DNA from: an uncultured virus (IMG/VR IMGVR_UViG_3300042292_001068) | Lineage: Duplodnaviria > Heunggongvirae > Uroviricota > Caudoviricetes | Length of the DNA: 64,000 nt | Virus record (IMG/VR): IMGVR_UViG_3300042292_001068 | Direction: 5' to 3' (one strand) | Shown here: positions 26,988-37,783 of the stretch, one piece after another | How positions within the stretch are numbered: the stretch's first letter is position 1 | How the letters are laid out: each line of letters opens with the position of its first letter | The notes under the pieces: generated by a model | Told to the model about the DNA's origin: nothing | What the model saw: the letters and a program-made list of their open reading frames with translations, nothing else | Databases searched by the model: none | Program-made: the position numbers and the translations under genes

Positions 26988-27846
26988 AATGTTGTTCCAC
27001 TTTAATAATTAAATCTTTTTTAAATTCTTCCAAATTATTGCTACTGAATTTAAAATTCACAATGAATTTTTTCAGCAACAATTTTCGGTATGAAATTTCA
27101 ATCATTGTTTCTGTATCTTTTTCACCATATTCAATCTTTTCCATTAAATTATTAATGTCATTTAATTGATATGTTTTACCCTGTGCGAGAAGCGTATAGT
27201 TTTTATTCTTCATATCGCTAATCAATAATTGTCGGGCATCTTCTTTAATTGATTCTCTTTCTGTTTCAGAAATGCTATCTAAAAAACCAAATTTATTCAA
27301 GAAATTATAATGAATATTTCCAAAGTCATTAAATTCATAAATCCTATCTGTAATAAATAAATTTATAGCAGAGCAAATGTTGTCCACTTTGTCTAAATCT
27401 AATTGTTTATGGTCAATTTTGGGTTCTTCTATTTGAGCAGGTGGCAGGTATTTATACACTTCACCAATGGCTTCGGGAAGGACTTCTTCTTTGTATTTTT
27501 TCAGCCATCCATAAAGCGATACTACATTTATTCCGTAATACTCCCCTAAATTGCCCCTTACACCCATTGAGAAGCACAAACTAATGTCTTGCAAGGTAAG
27601 TGTTGGGAAATCTCTTAAAATATCGTCTGTGATGCTTCTTTTCAGATAATTCATATCTTCAATATCCATATTTATCCCTTTATCGGCAATAGACCGATTA
27701 ACAGATTGATGAATTGAACTAACCACTATGTTTTTATCTTCAACATTTTTAATCATTACTGATTTATTTGCTTGATAAACAATGCGACTTTTATTGCTGA
27801 CTTCTTTCGGTATATAGACCGATGTAGATTTAATTAAATTGCTCAT
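26977..27846 (-). CDS. Hypothetical protein downstream of the initiator (possible loader partner)
   Basis: Position after the initiator; start revised to MSNLIKS. Confidence 0.5.
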   Translation of the reverse strand: MSNLIKSTSVYIPKEVSNKSRIVYQANKSVMIKNVEDKNIVVSSIHQSVNRSIADKGINMDIEDMNYLKRSITDDILRDFPTLTLQDISLCFSMGVRGNLGEYYGINVVSLYGWLKKYKEEVLPEAIGEVYKYLPPAQIEEPKIDHKQLDLDKVDNICSAINLFITDRIYEFNDFGNIHYNFLNKFGFLDSISETERESIKEDARQLLISDMKNKNYTLLAQGKTYQLNDINNLMEKIEYGEKDTETMIEISYRKLLLKKFIVNFKFSSNNLEEFKKDLIIKVEQHYGK

Positions 27847-28606
27847 TTGTAGATTCTTTATAAACTTCGTTCCAATCAATATTTTCGTTAATTGCGTGAG
27901 ATTGCTCAATAACTTCTAATTTTGATTTTTTAGTAGTTTGGATTTTATTCCTGTCATAGAAATTAATTATCCAATTAGCAACTGCACTTTTCCAACTTTT
28001 CATAGGATTTTTACCAACCTTCCAACCTTTTGATTCAAAGAAATTAATAAATTTTTGTGATTCGATTTTAGCAAATTCAAATTCCTTTTCAACCATATAT
28101 TCAAATACTTCTTCGTTAGATGGTTTTATAAATCTTTGTGTTTTAACTATTGGCAATTCATCTGAATTAATTTCTTCCGAAACTTCTCTTTTCTTTCGAG
28201 TAATTTTTCCAACTTGTAAATCGGTAGGTAGTAAAGAATTAATTACTGCATTACCTTTAAATTTCGTTTCATCTGATAAATTATCTTGAATTAATGAAAT
28301 GATTTGTTTATGAACATTATTCGCTGAATTTAGGGGTAATTTTTTCTGATATTTCAAGAAGTTCTTAAACCATAATTTCGTTCCATCTTGGCTTTTAATA
28401 TATGATTTCTTTAATTCTGTTCCTGCATCCATTAATTGTTCTTCATTTAATCCTGTGTAGAATAACATAAACTTTTTGTTCACTTCAAAAAATCCTGCAT
28501 TATCACAATTTTCAACGAAATAAAAGAACAATAATTTTGCGTGTGGCGATAAGTTGGAGAACCATAAATCCTTCCACTTATCAATGTTTGTTATACGATA
28601 ACTCAT
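27830..28606 (-). CDS. Phage replication initiator-like protein
   Basis: N-terminal W.D.WF..LS..AKLLF.Y (wHTH-like); C-terminal KFINFFESKGWKVGKNPMKSWKSAVANW. Confidence 0.65.
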   Translation of the reverse strand: MSYRITNIDKWKDLWFSNLSPHAKLLFFYFVENCDNAGFFEVNKKFMLFYTGLNEEQLMDAGTELKKSYIKSQDGTKLWFKNFLKYQKKLPLNSANNVHKQIISLIQDNLSDETKFKGNAVINSLLPTDLQVGKITRKKREVSEEINSDELPIVKTQRFIKPSNEEVFEYMVEKEFEFAKIESQKFINFFESKGWKVGKNPMKSWKSAVANWIINFYDRNKIQTTKKSKLEVIEQSHAINENIDWNEVYKESTNEQFN

Positions 28607-29001
28607 ACCATTGTAATTTTAATGTGATAAATTGCTTCTACTAATCTTTTTTTTAGTGCAAAAACACCTGTCTTAATAAATTTATTTGACTTTTTATCTT
28701 TGCCCTTTATGTCAATGTATTCAAAAGAACCATCATTGTTTTCAATTTTAAAATCCAAATAATAATATGCAATATGAATGTTGTTTACCAAAATATCGTA
28801 TTGCACTTGCATTTTAAAATCCTTAATCAATCCTGCATTTTTTTTGATTTTCAAAGAACCATAAAATTCTGCTTCTTTATTTGAATCAAAAGTATGCCCA
28901 TCAATTTCAGATTTTACATTATTGAATTTAGATGATTTAGTTTTATTTACAACCTTACCATCTTTCAATGAAAATTTCTTTTTGAACTCATTTACATCCA
29001 T
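28603..29001 (-). CDS. DUF1064 family PD-(D/E)xK endonuclease
   Basis: SKFNNVK..IDG.TFDS.KEA.FY; Y.LDF; DIKG. Confidence 0.75.
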   Translation of the reverse strand: MDVNEFKKKFSLKDGKVVNKTKSSKFNNVKSEIDGHTFDSNKEAEFYGSLKIKKNAGLIKDFKMQVQYDILVNNIHIAYYYLDFKIENNDGSFEYIDIKGKDKKSNKFIKTGVFALKKRLVEAIYHIKITMV

Positions 29002-30086
29002 CAGAATAGCGTTGAAGGTATTTCATCATCATCTTCATCGTTATCGGGAAAATTAAAACTAATATCGTCTATGACTTCTGTATTATCATTTTCATCTACT
29101 GAATCAGTTGTTGGATTCGGTAATTCCCATTCAAAACCTTCTTGTTTAACAGGTGTATCTTCTTGCTTAATAGTTTCAACAGGTATAGTAGGATTAATTT
29201 TTGTTGTTGGAGTTGGTTCTTGCTTAACAATAATTGGTTCTTGTTTAACAGGTATTTCTTCTATTTCTTTTTCTTCTATTTCTTCAACAAAATCAAATGA
29301 AGTATCAAGTGTTCTGCTTACTATATTTCCATCTACCAATTTTGGTTCAACAATTTCATTTGGATTAGTAGGTATATCAACCAAAACTCTCGCACCACCT
29401 TCAAATTTAGAATCGTATTCTACGGCTTTTGCCATTTCAATATTATTCGATGTAGGGATTAATTTTGATAGTGATTTAATTCCTGCCTTAATTTCCATCC
29501 AATTATGAACATCTGTACCATTATTGTAAGGGGAATATTGGCTATCTATTGTTTGAGATATTTGACGAATAGCATCTAATTCTGCTCTTTCAACTACAAC
29601 GAATATTGGTTCATCATCTACCAAACAAGTAGCATAAACACATTCTAATTTACCCTTATCTTTTCTTGCAGGTTTATGCGTAAGAAATGGTTTTAGTCCA
29701 TAGCCATAATCAAATTCATCATTCTCAAATACTGCTCTTGCCGTGATTTGTTTTACTCTTGGATTACGATACATTATTTCAATCAATCCTTTATATCCAA
29801 TTTGAAACTTTGCCTGTCCTTTGTATGGAATAATAAAAGAATGTTGTAACGATGTATTTGGTTTTAAACCAACTTCTGCACTCAACAATACTGCACCGAA
29901 TAATGATTTCGGGTCGCATTGTAATAATTTAGGATTTTCTTTTACTGCACGGATGCAAGTTTCAATAAAATCTTCGGGTGTAATTCCGTATCTTGGATTA
30001 AGGAATTTACCAATACTCGAATGATAATTTACAATCGTAGATGAAAATCCACTAATTGTTTTTAAATCAAATTTTTTCTGTTCCAT
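29001..30086 (-). CDS. recT: RecT family single-strand annealing protein with acidic tail
   Basis: NPKLLQCDPKSLFGA...GLKP...IIPY...FQIGYKGLIE. Confidence 0.85.
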   Translation of the reverse strand: MEQKKFDLKTISGFSSTIVNYHSSIGKFLNPRYGITPEDFIETCIRAVKENPKLLQCDPKSLFGAVLLSAEVGLKPNTSLQHSFIIPYKGQAKFQIGYKGLIEIMYRNPRVKQITARAVFENDEFDYGYGLKPFLTHKPARKDKGKLECVYATCLVDDEPIFVVVERAELDAIRQISQTIDSQYSPYNNGTDVHNWMEIKAGIKSLSKLIPTSNNIEMAKAVEYDSKFEGGARVLVDIPTNPNEIVEPKLVDGNIVSRTLDTSFDFVEEIEEKEIEEIPVKQEPIIVKQEPTPTTKINPTIPVETIKQEDTPVKQEGFEWELPNPTTDSVDENDNTEVIDDISFNFPDNDEDDDEIPSTLF

Positions 30087-30182
30087 TTTTTTTAAAATAA
30101 AGGGGGCAAATAATTACTACCGATAATCGCTTTGTTCAATCTTATTTTTTTTCGCAATTAATTTACCCCCAATGATTATTAA

Positions 30183-30635
30183 TTATTTTCCGATGATAAA
30201 TGTTACTGCCGATGTGCTTTTGCTCATATTAAAAGAATGTGTTTCTGAATCACAATAAGATTCATTAATACGAACTTTTAGAACGCTACATTTTTTAAAT
30301 GAATCGAACATTTCGTGATTTACTAAATCACTTGTGAAAAACACAACATCATTTTTATCATTTCTCATTCCAATAATAGTGTATCTTACATTTTCACCAT
30401 TAACAACAAATACTAAATCAACAGATGGACTTTCATCACAATAATAACCACCTTGAATGTAAAAGAATATACTTCCATCAACATTCTCTAATTTAAGTAT
30501 AGCACTATTGTTTGCCGATGTGTAAGCAATTCGATATGGGTCGTCAAAATCATTTTTAATTAATTCATAACTCCATTGAGAATATGCCATTGATACTGAA
30601 AATAATACTGCAAGTGTAAAAAATAGTTTTTTCAT
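30183..30635 (-). CDS. Secreted hypothetical protein
   Basis: Bacteroidota-like signal peptide ending AYS-Q. Confidence 0.65.
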   Translation of the reverse strand: MKKLFFTLAVLFSVSMAYSQWSYELIKNDFDDPYRIAYTSANNSAILKLENVDGSIFFYIQGGYYCDESPSVDLVFVVNGENVRYTIIGMRNDKNDVVFFTSDLVNHEMFDSFKKCSVLKVRINESYCDSETHSFNMSKSTSAVTFIIGK

Positions 30636-30656
30636 TTTTTTTGTTTTAATAAATTT

Positions 30657-31169
30657 CTAATTAACGAAGTGAGTTGTTTCTGTTTTTCCATTTACGAATT
30701 TCATAGAATAATATGCTTTCATAAAAATCATATTCCCATATCCGTTTTGTGCCTTAAAAGGAAATGATATATTTATTTTACCATCCGTAATATAAACCAT
30801 ACCTTCTGAACCTTCAATCGGCAAATAGGATTGATAATTCTTCAAATCCATTTGAGCATAAATACTTGCCATATTGATATTGGAAAATAAGAATGTTTCA
30901 TAGTGTGGGTGGCTTTTATGCTTTTCAATATAATCAGCATTTTTAGGATTATTAAAAGTAATGCTATCCCAATTTTTAAAGCAATCGTGAGATTGAATTA
31001 AATTAATTGTTTCAGCAGAAACAGATAACTTAACATTTATCATTTCACCAACTCCACTTTTAAGGGTTGTAATAAAATAACCATCTTTAATTTGATAATC
31101 TTGTGAATAAGATAAAGATGTTAGTACACAGAAAATAAGTGTTGCAAGGGTTAAATTTAGATTTTTCAT
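30657..31169 (-). CDS. Secreted hypothetical protein
   Basis: Signal peptide ending SYS-Q; FKAQNGYG motif. Confidence 0.6.
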   Translation of the reverse strand: MKNLNLTLATLIFCVLTSLSYSQDYQIKDGYFITTLKSGVGEMINVKLSVSAETINLIQSHDCFKNWDSITFNNPKNADYIEKHKSHPHYETFLFSNINMASIYAQMDLKNYQSYLPIEGSEGMVYITDGKINISFPFKAQNGYGNMIFMKAYYSMKFVNGKTETTHFVN

Positions 31170-31206
31170 TTTAATTTGTTTTTTTTTGTTTTTAAATAAT
31201 TAATAA

Positions 31207-31440
31207 TTACCACGAAGTAGTATTGGTTATACAATAATGAGTGCCTACATAAGCCGACATCCAATCATTTGGGGATAGAACCCATTGTTTTACATTCCCC
31301 GAACAATCGTTCTTAATATCTACTGAATAATTAGAAGGGTTATCTGACATAATTGTTCCACAATTACAGGGTTGAGTTTCTTTTTCGCAAGAAGTCAATA
31401 ATGCAGTCGCAACTGCCATACAAAAGATTACTTTTTTCAT
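31207..31440 (-). CDS. Small lipoprotein
   Basis: Lipobox LTSC. Confidence 0.7.
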   Translation of the reverse strand: MKKVIFCMAVATALLTSCEKETQPCNCGTIMSDNPSNYSVDIKNDCSGNVKQWVLSPNDWMSAYVGTHYCITNTTSW

Positions 31441-31464
31441 TTTATTTATAATTTATTTATTTGG

Positions 31465-32514
31465 TTACTTGTTTAATAAAATTCCTACACGCTTTTTAAC
31501 TTCCGAGTAGATTAATTCTCTATGTTCAGAAAAATCTAAATTTTGAAATGCTTCTGCGTTACTCAAAAATGATTTTGTTCTTTCATCAATTAAAGAAATA
31601 ACATCATTAATAACATTTGCCGAAACATTATCAAGCATAGAAATTACATCGTCATCTGATGCCTTAATAGGTTCATTTGCAGGTACGCTTACAGGAATAG
31701 AAACTTCTTCAAAAATTCCTTCTTCGTTTTTGATTAGAACTTCTTGAACTTCTTCTGATTTATTTTCAGAAATAGAATCATTCACTTCTTCTTCAATTAC
31801 AACCTTTTTAACAGGTTCATTAGACATTTCCTTTAAATCATTTAAGAAATCATCTGTAATTGGCGTAGATTCCAATTTAGGTGCTTCCACAGGTATTTCT
31901 TCTTCATCTTTCATTAAGCGAGAAGCCATTGAGCAAGTTAATTTTAATTGATTCAAAATAAATCCTGCTTCACCCGATTTAGTACCAAATTCAGAAATTA
32001 CAATTCCATCAAGATAAATCTCAATCTCTTTTAATTCTGCTTTATTTTTTGCTGAATTAATTCTTTCAAGTTGAGAATTAAGATTTTTCAAACGAATTTC
32101 TAATTGAAGTTCTTCTTTTTGTTTTGCATCTTCAATTAATTTTCTTTCCTGTTTTAATTTTTCCTGCTTTTCTTCGTAAACTTCCATTTTCTTTTTTACG
32201 ATTTTCTCTGCATTTACCAATGGCGTATAAATTTCTTCTACCCATCTGTCTAATCGCTTTCCGTAATCAATTAATGGTTGTTTTAATTCCTTTCGTTTCT
32301 TTTCAATAGCAATATGCGTTGCTTTTACTACACGCTTTAATTCAACTGCATTATCATAACTTTGCTTGTCATCTTCAATTACACTAATCGTCAAACAATC
32401 ATTAATTAATTGTTGCATATTTTCGTGAATTGACAAAATCGCTGAATGATGACTTTGCTCAATAATAGAAATCTCACTTTCTATTTCTTCTACTTTTAAT
32501 AATTCATTTTTCAT
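31465..32514 (-). CDS. Coiled-coil protein of the recombination module (DUF1351-like)
   Basis: IEKKRKELKQPL.D.GK..D; lies between RecT and the nuclease. Confidence 0.5.
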   Translation of the reverse strand: MKNELLKVEEIESEISIIEQSHHSAILSIHENMQQLINDCLTISVIEDDKQSYDNAVELKRVVKATHIAIEKKRKELKQPLIDYGKRLDRWVEEIYTPLVNAEKIVKKKMEVYEEKQEKLKQERKLIEDAKQKEELQLEIRLKNLNSQLERINSAKNKAELKEIEIYLDGIVISEFGTKSGEAGFILNQLKLTCSMASRLMKDEEEIPVEAPKLESTPITDDFLNDLKEMSNEPVKKVVIEEEVNDSISENKSEEVQEVLIKNEEGIFEEVSIPVSVPANEPIKASDDDVISMLDNVSANVINDVISLIDERTKSFLSNAEAFQNLDFSEHRELIYSEVKKRVGILLNK

Positions 32515-32534
32515 TTTACTTTTTATTTATTTAT

Positions 32535-33359
32535 TTATTCGGGTTTAATTGTTATTACAGGGGGAGTAGTTGCTTTAAAATTGCACCAACTTGCATATTT
32601 ACATTTAATACAAGAATCGTATTTTGGTTTTGGTTCAAATCCTATTTTTAGTTGATGCTCAAAATACTTTTTGGCTTTTTCTAAAAATACTTCGTGTTGT
32701 TCTAATTCCCAATCTTCAATATCCACATTAATTACTTTTACCTTTCCGACTTCTTTTGTGTCAAAAACAAAAAATAAAAATGGTGGATTAAATCCGTATT
32801 TCTTCCAAAACAAGAACTTGTAATGTTTGGCTTGTAGCATAGTGCCTTGCTTCTTTGCAAGTGTATCGGTATTCCAACCAAACTCACTCCATTTATCGTC
32901 AAGTAATCCACTATACTTCAAATCAATAATTACTTTCTTTTCGGGATTATCTTCGCCAAATTCAAAATCAATATAATTTCCTATTGATTCCCATTGTGCT
33001 AAAATATCAAGTGTGCCTATCCATTTATCATCGGCAAGAACTTTATCACCTGCCGAAAGTAATTTAATGCCATACTTTGTCATTAATTCGTGAAAGAAAA
33101 TAGATTGCTTTCTTGCCAATTCAAAATCAGCACTTAATTCCCCTTTTTTCGTGTATTCGGGTTGTATCGGTTCACTTTCTCCTTTTGCCAATGCACCTGT
33201 GCATAGGTATTCAAAATAATGCCCTAAATTGTTTGATTTAGTTCCACCACCAAATTGTTGCAATATCCATTTATTCGTAAATACCAATCCACATAAACTA
33301 CCATTTTGATATTTGACTAAATCTTTGACTAAACTTTGATTGATATAAATTTTACTCAT
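32535..33359 (-). CDS. PD-(D/E)xK exonuclease (RecE/Cas4-like)
   Basis: GTLD, IIDLKY, QAKHY, C-terminal C..C.Y...C. Confidence 0.7.
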   Translation of the reverse strand: MSKIYINQSLVKDLVKYQNGSLCGLVFTNKWILQQFGGGTKSNNLGHYFEYLCTGALAKGESEPIQPEYTKKGELSADFELARKQSIFFHELMTKYGIKLLSAGDKVLADDKWIGTLDILAQWESIGNYIDFEFGEDNPEKKVIIDLKYSGLLDDKWSEFGWNTDTLAKKQGTMLQAKHYKFLFWKKYGFNPPFLFFVFDTKEVGKVKVINVDIEDWELEQHEVFLEKAKKYFEHQLKIGFEPKPKYDSCIKCKYASWCNFKATTPPVITIKPE

Positions 33360-33657
33360 TTTCTAATGCGTTTGATTGGCTATATTCATCTGCCCATTCC
33401 ATAAAATTGTCATAATCAAAATCCCTTGCATCCATTTCACGCTTAAACCACTCAACCATATACACGGCACTTTCTTTATCTTTCTTGTCATTGACATACA
33501 ATTCCAATCTTCCAATTATGTTATTTAATTTCATTAAATCAATAACATAATTTCGGTCTAAAACTATTTTGTTACGAGTGCTATCTATATTGGAAAATTT
33601 CAGAAGCACATAATCATTTATGTAACAAAATAAACGAAGCGTTTTTACAAGGTTCAT
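33352..33657 (-). CDS. Hypothetical protein
   Basis: ORF in operon. Confidence 0.55.
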   Translation of the reverse strand: MNLVKTLRLFCYINDYVLLKFSNIDSTRNKIVLDRNYVIDLMKLNNIIGRLELYVNDKKDKESAVYMVEWFKREMDARDFDYDNFMEWADEYSQSNALENE

Positions 33658-33669
33658 TTTTTTTAATTT

Positions 33670-33702
33670 AAAAAAGCACCCCTAATTAATAGGGATGCCT
33701 TT
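33670..33702 (-). terminator. Possible intrinsic terminator after the DUF932 gene
   Basis: Minus strand ggcatccct-attaatt-agggtgc followed by a T-run. Confidence 0.4.
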
Positions 33703-33716
33703 GGTGAATAATTCAA

Positions 33717-34925
33717 TTAATTCATACTGATAAAAGAAGGAACGACACGCTTAATTTCTGCTTTGTCAAATTCTTCAATAGAATCTAAAATCATTACTGA
33801 TTCTGTTTCTATTTCGTATCGTTCTTCGGGGGATGCGTTGTGTTGTGCAAAATAGGTCAATGCCTGTGTTACGCCAAACGCATTTGTATCGCCACTCTTA
33901 ATAAAATAATTAAGTATTGATGATTCTTTTTCTTCGCTGATTGAAAGATGTTTTGATACATTCTTAATAGTTTCAATCGGGTGATTTAATTCCTTATTCC
34001 CTTTCTCAACTAATTCGTGAATTTTCGCACCTAAAAATTCTTCTGATGCGTAATACTTAATTGCATCTTTTACCTGCGAACAAACTAACTCATAATTCTT
34101 TTGGCGTGTTTCTTCACTCCAATCAATCGTGGTATATTCTTCCATCTTTGCCCCCAAATGTGTTTTTTGGAAAGCATCATTTTTGAAAATCATTCCATTA
34201 CGACAAGCCAATACAACTGCTCTCGGTGAAATAGAGAATTTACCATTTCCTGTTTCTGAATTGCTGATAACAAATCCCGAAATAATTCCGTTGCCACCTT
34301 TACTTCCATCGGGAACTCGGTAGTTTTTCAAAATATCGGGTGCATCTAATTCAATGTCGGGGCATACGAATCGCATATAAAATTTCGTATCTGTAATATC
34401 CCCACTCTCAATTTGAACATTTATACCACTCTCACGAATTGCATCCAATGTCGCCAACATAACATCGTAATTGTCCAATACATTGTATCGGTCTGAAAGT
34501 ATTGCTCTTGCAATCCCTGTTTTTTGCTCTTTATCAATAAAAGTGCGTAGCAAGAAATTGTTTTCATTCTTTTCAGAAAACCAATTTGTAACATTATAAT
34601 CTAAAATGTGATGATACTTTTGGTTGCTCAACATTTTATCATAATACTTTTTGGGAATATCCAATCGTTGCCCAATTTGTGAATGGCAACAATCAAGGAC
34701 TGCTAATTCAATTTTCTCCAAATCATTTTCATTTACTGCGATACCTGTATCAAGCAACAACTTTGATAAACTATCAAGTTTTGATTCGTTCAAAACAATT
34801 AAATTGCTTTCATCCATCTTTAAGTATTTAGATGGAACGACAAAATCTTGTTTCAATAAATTCTGTTGTTGTAATTGCTCAACGATTTGTTGCAAGGACA
34901 GGTTTTTTAAATCTTCTGTTTTCAT
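33717..34925 (-). CDS. DUF932-like protein
   Basis: RAILSDRY..LDN; ISNSETG.G; LACRNGM; HLG. Confidence 0.7.
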   Translation of the reverse strand: MKTEDLKNLSLQQIVEQLQQQNLLKQDFVVPSKYLKMDESNLIVLNESKLDSLSKLLLDTGIAVNENDLEKIELAVLDCCHSQIGQRLDIPKKYYDKMLSNQKYHHILDYNVTNWFSEKNENNFLLRTFIDKEQKTGIARAILSDRYNVLDNYDVMLATLDAIRESGINVQIESGDITDTKFYMRFVCPDIELDAPDILKNYRVPDGSKGGNGIISGFVISNSETGNGKFSISPRAVVLACRNGMIFKNDAFQKTHLGAKMEEYTTIDWSEETRQKNYELVCSQVKDAIKYYASEEFLGAKIHELVEKGNKELNHPIETIKNVSKHLSISEEKESSILNYFIKSGDTNAFGVTQALTYFAQHNASPEERYEIETESVMILDSIEEFDKAEIKRVVPSFISMN

Positions 34926-34969
34926 AATAATTCTACTTCTTTTAATTTATACTAATTGAATTGTGGGTT

Positions 34970-34977
34970 CAAATATA
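34970..34977 (-). promoter_or_regulatory. Bacteroidota-type -7 box
   Basis: TATATTTG on the minus strand 45 nt upstream of 34925. Confidence 0.55.
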
Positions 34978-35064
34978 AAAATAATTCTTTCAAAAAAAAA
35001 TAATTGTTAAAAAAAAAATAATTAACAAATGAATGTGCGTTACCAAGTCGCACCCCTTGTTTAT

Positions 35065-35628
35065 TTAATCCAAAATGACTTCTACTATTTCTTCCGTTGC
35101 CCATTCTTTATTTCCATTTTCTGAATCATTGTGATAAACCAAGCGAAGTGTTTCCATTTCATTAGAATCAATTCGGGGATTATAACCATAACGATTACCC
35201 ATAAATTCAAATAAAGATTTTTCTTCGCCTGTTAAACACTTAATAACATCATCAACATCAATCGAAAATTCATAAGATGGGAAAATAGATACACTCTTAC
35301 CATTTTCTGTTTCTTCATCCAATTTGTAAAAACCTACTTCTGAAAAGTAATTAGCACAAAAAGGAACTCCATCATTTAATTGTGAAAAATAGAAATTCTG
35401 CTTTTCAGTTTTTCTGCCACAACATTCTTTATCAATAATAAGGGATTTAATTTCTTTGTACCCTAATTCTTTATTAAATACTGCTTCCACATCTTCAATA
35501 AATCCTTTTCCTAATCTACACTCCACTTGCTGACCAACTTTGTCGCTGATGGCTTTATTAATTGGTGTCCAATCAATAATTTTTACTTTAAGGTTTAACG
35601 CACCTTTTTTAACTTGTTTTGTTTTCAT
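35065..35628 (-). CDS. Hypothetical protein
   Basis: ORF in early gene array. Confidence 0.55.
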   Translation of the reverse strand: MKTKQVKKGALNLKVKIIDWTPINKAISDKVGQQVECRLGKGFIEDVEAVFNKELGYKEIKSLIIDKECCGRKTEKQNFYFSQLNDGVPFCANYFSEVGFYKLDEETENGKSVSIFPSYEFSIDVDDVIKCLTGEEKSLFEFMGNRYGYNPRIDSNEMETLRLVYHNDSENGNKEWATEEIVEVILD

Positions 35629-35646
35629 TTTTGTTTACATTAATAA

Positions 35647-36315
35647 TTAATACCAATAATATCTATTTCTTTTTTCTTTTTGAATTTCATACTTCAAGTG
35701 GTCTTTCATCCAATGCGTAATAAATGATTCTTTATTCTCACGATTAACACGATTTTTCCAATTCTTTGTAAGCGTTTTCATTTGCTCGTAATTATCCGTG
35801 TCAATATCAATCCAAATATCTCCGTAAATAGAATCAAATTTTCTTCCCTTTGGCATTTTATTATGAAATTCAAAACAATCCCCCTGTACGATAGTTAATT
35901 TATCTTCAAGGTCGTGTTGTTTTAAAATTGGCTCAACCAAATCAATTAAATCTTGATATAATTCAACAACCAAAATACTTGTAACATTTTCCTTTTTTAA
36001 TAAAGGAATAATTACTAATCCTAAACCTAAACCGAAAATAATTACATCACCATTTGCCTTCTGAATAAATTCTTTATTAGTATTTCGTTCCATTGGCGTA
36101 TCTGACATCATAATTCCATCACCATTCTTAATTAAACGCACATAGGGGAAATCTGCTTTTAATCCCCTTGTAAGCCAACTATTTCTGTAATTACGAATTT
36201 CTTCAAATCTGATTTTTTCTTCTGTGAGAACGAAACTATTAATCGTGTATGTTTCAGATTTTAATTCTTCTGTCGGATAAATTGTATGTAAATCCGTGTA
36301 ATCAATTCTTTCCAT
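35647..36315 (-). CDS. Class I SAM-dependent methyltransferase (spermidine-synthase-like fold)
   Basis: MMSDTPME, VIIFGLGLG, VVE, QGD, DIW. Confidence 0.7.
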   Translation of the reverse strand: MERIDYTDLHTIYPTEELKSETYTINSFVLTEEKIRFEEIRNYRNSWLTRGLKADFPYVRLIKNGDGIMMSDTPMERNTNKEFIQKANGDVIIFGLGLGLVIIPLLKKENVTSILVVELYQDLIDLVEPILKQHDLEDKLTIVQGDCFEFHNKMPKGRKFDSIYGDIWIDIDTDNYEQMKTLTKNWKNRVNRENKESFITHWMKDHLKYEIQKEKRNRYYWY

Positions 36316-36316
36316 T

Positions 36317-36661
36317 TTATTTTGAAATTAAATCGTTATTTAATAATTCTAAACCATTTTCTTCTCGAAGATAATAGTCAATATCTTCTCCCATTTCCGA
36401 ATACCAATCACACCAACCATCGTAATCATCGTCTAAATCACTAATTTCTTCTTCAAATACACTTAATCCACCTGCGTTGCAATAATCGGGTTTCACATTG
36501 TTCTCAAATTGGAACATATCGTATTTTGCCAAAGCATCTAATAAAATAAATCCTTCTTGTGGAGTAGATACAGGATATTCAAATGATTTCATTGGAACTT
36601 GTGGAATCCACCATACTTTTAAATCACCATTTTTAGGATTTTCTAAATCAACTTTTTTCAT
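36317..36661 (-). CDS. P22 gp17-like (superinfection-exclusion-related) protein
   Basis: LKVWWIPQVPM..F...LA.YD.FQ..NNVKPDYCNAGGL. Confidence 0.65.
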   Translation of the reverse strand: MKKVDLENPKNGDLKVWWIPQVPMKSFEYPVSTPQEGFILLDALAKYDMFQFENNVKPDYCNAGGLSVFEEEISDLDDDYDGWCDWYSEMGEDIDYYLREENGLELLNNDLISK

Positions 36662-36684
36662 AATTCTTACTAATTAAATAAATA

Positions 36685-36891
36685 CTATTTCTTTTCTACA
36701 AGCCACATAAATTTATCAATCATAATTCTATTGCTTTTATTTTGGCTGAAATCACATTCTTTATTTGAACAATACAATCCTGCCCAAGCGAAATGATAAA
36801 CTTTTCTTGAATAAAAACAATCGGGGCAGAAAATTAATCTGCCCTCACGACTTGCTCTCGTTGTTTTTGATACTTTAATTAAATTTTCCAT
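36685..36891 (-). CDS. Small Zn-ribbon protein
   Basis: CPDC...CSNKEC. Confidence 0.55.
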   Translation of the reverse strand: MENLIKVSKTTRASREGRLIFCPDCFYSRKVYHFAWAGLYCSNKECDFSQNKSNRIMIDKFMWLVEKK

Positions 36892-36896
36892 AACAA

Positions 36897-37085
36897 TTAA
36901 TCTTCGTCAATTATTTCTTCTTCTTCATATTGTTCTGAAATATCTTTACATAAAGCGATTAATTTATTTCTTGCTTGTTGTTCTGTTTCTGATAATTCGT
37001 AAAAAAGTGTTTCCGACATATCTTTATAACAATCTCGCAAATCCTTTAATGTATTTTCAAATCTGCAATAAGACATATTTCCCAT
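36897..37085 (-). CDS. Conserved phage hypothetical protein
   Basis: MGNMSYCRFENT..DL.DC. Confidence 0.6.
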   Translation of the reverse strand: MGNMSYCRFENTLKDLRDCYKDMSETLFYELSETEQQARNKLIALCKDISEQYEEEEIIDED

Positions 37086-37104
37086 AATTCTTTTTTTAAT
37101 TAAT

Positions 37105-37764
37105 TTATAAATCTTGATAATTAATTCCTGCGAATTTTTCTGCTTCTGATGGAAACAATTTAAAGTAAAGTGGAATCCAATAAGCCGAATAAAATGAATG
37201 ACCTGCTGACGACATAAATAGAATTAAATTAAAATCATCTAATCCATCAATAACTCCCAACCCAACTGACATACATTTTTGAATATCTTCTTCTGAATTA
37301 TAAAATGAATCACGGAACTCAAAACAAGTATTCCACATTGGGAAATTTTCTTGTTCGTGAATCCAATCGTAAATATCATTTTCGTATTCCTCGCAACAAG
37401 ATTCTTTAAATTCTTCCCATTTATCTCCAAATGCAAATTCAAATGATTCTTTAATTGTGCCATTGTGTTTTGAATATTCCGAAATCAATAAATCAACATT
37501 TAATTCATCATTATTGGTTAGCCAATATTCTTCTGTTTCTCTTATCCAACTTTTTATTTTTGTTTCGGTATCACAATCACGCAACCAATCCTCAAATGCT
37601 TCTTCTACGGATGGATTACGGATGTAATCATACAAAGTATTGTCGCACCATTTTTCAAGCACTCCTACTTGAATAAAATTAAAAGTTCGTTCTACCCAAA
37701 GGTGAATTGTTTTTTCTAATTCTCTTTTTAATTCTTCTGCTGAAATTGAAATTTGATTTTCCAT
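37105..37764 (-). CDS. Acidic hypothetical protein
   Basis: ORF; PMWNT and AG.SFY.AYWIPLY motifs. Confidence 0.55.
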   Translation of the reverse strand: MENQISISAEELKRELEKTIHLWVERTFNFIQVGVLEKWCDNTLYDYIRNPSVEEAFEDWLRDCDTETKIKSWIRETEEYWLTNNDELNVDLLISEYSKHNGTIKESFEFAFGDKWEEFKESCCEEYENDIYDWIHEQENFPMWNTCFEFRDSFYNSEEDIQKCMSVGLGVIDGLDDFNLILFMSSAGHSFYSAYWIPLYFKLFPSEAEKFAGINYQDL

Positions 37765-37783
37765 TTTATTTAATTTAATTGAT

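Noticed and set aside
32535..33359. Cas4 of a CRISPR system
   Set aside because: Context is a RecT recombination module; no array or other cas genes.
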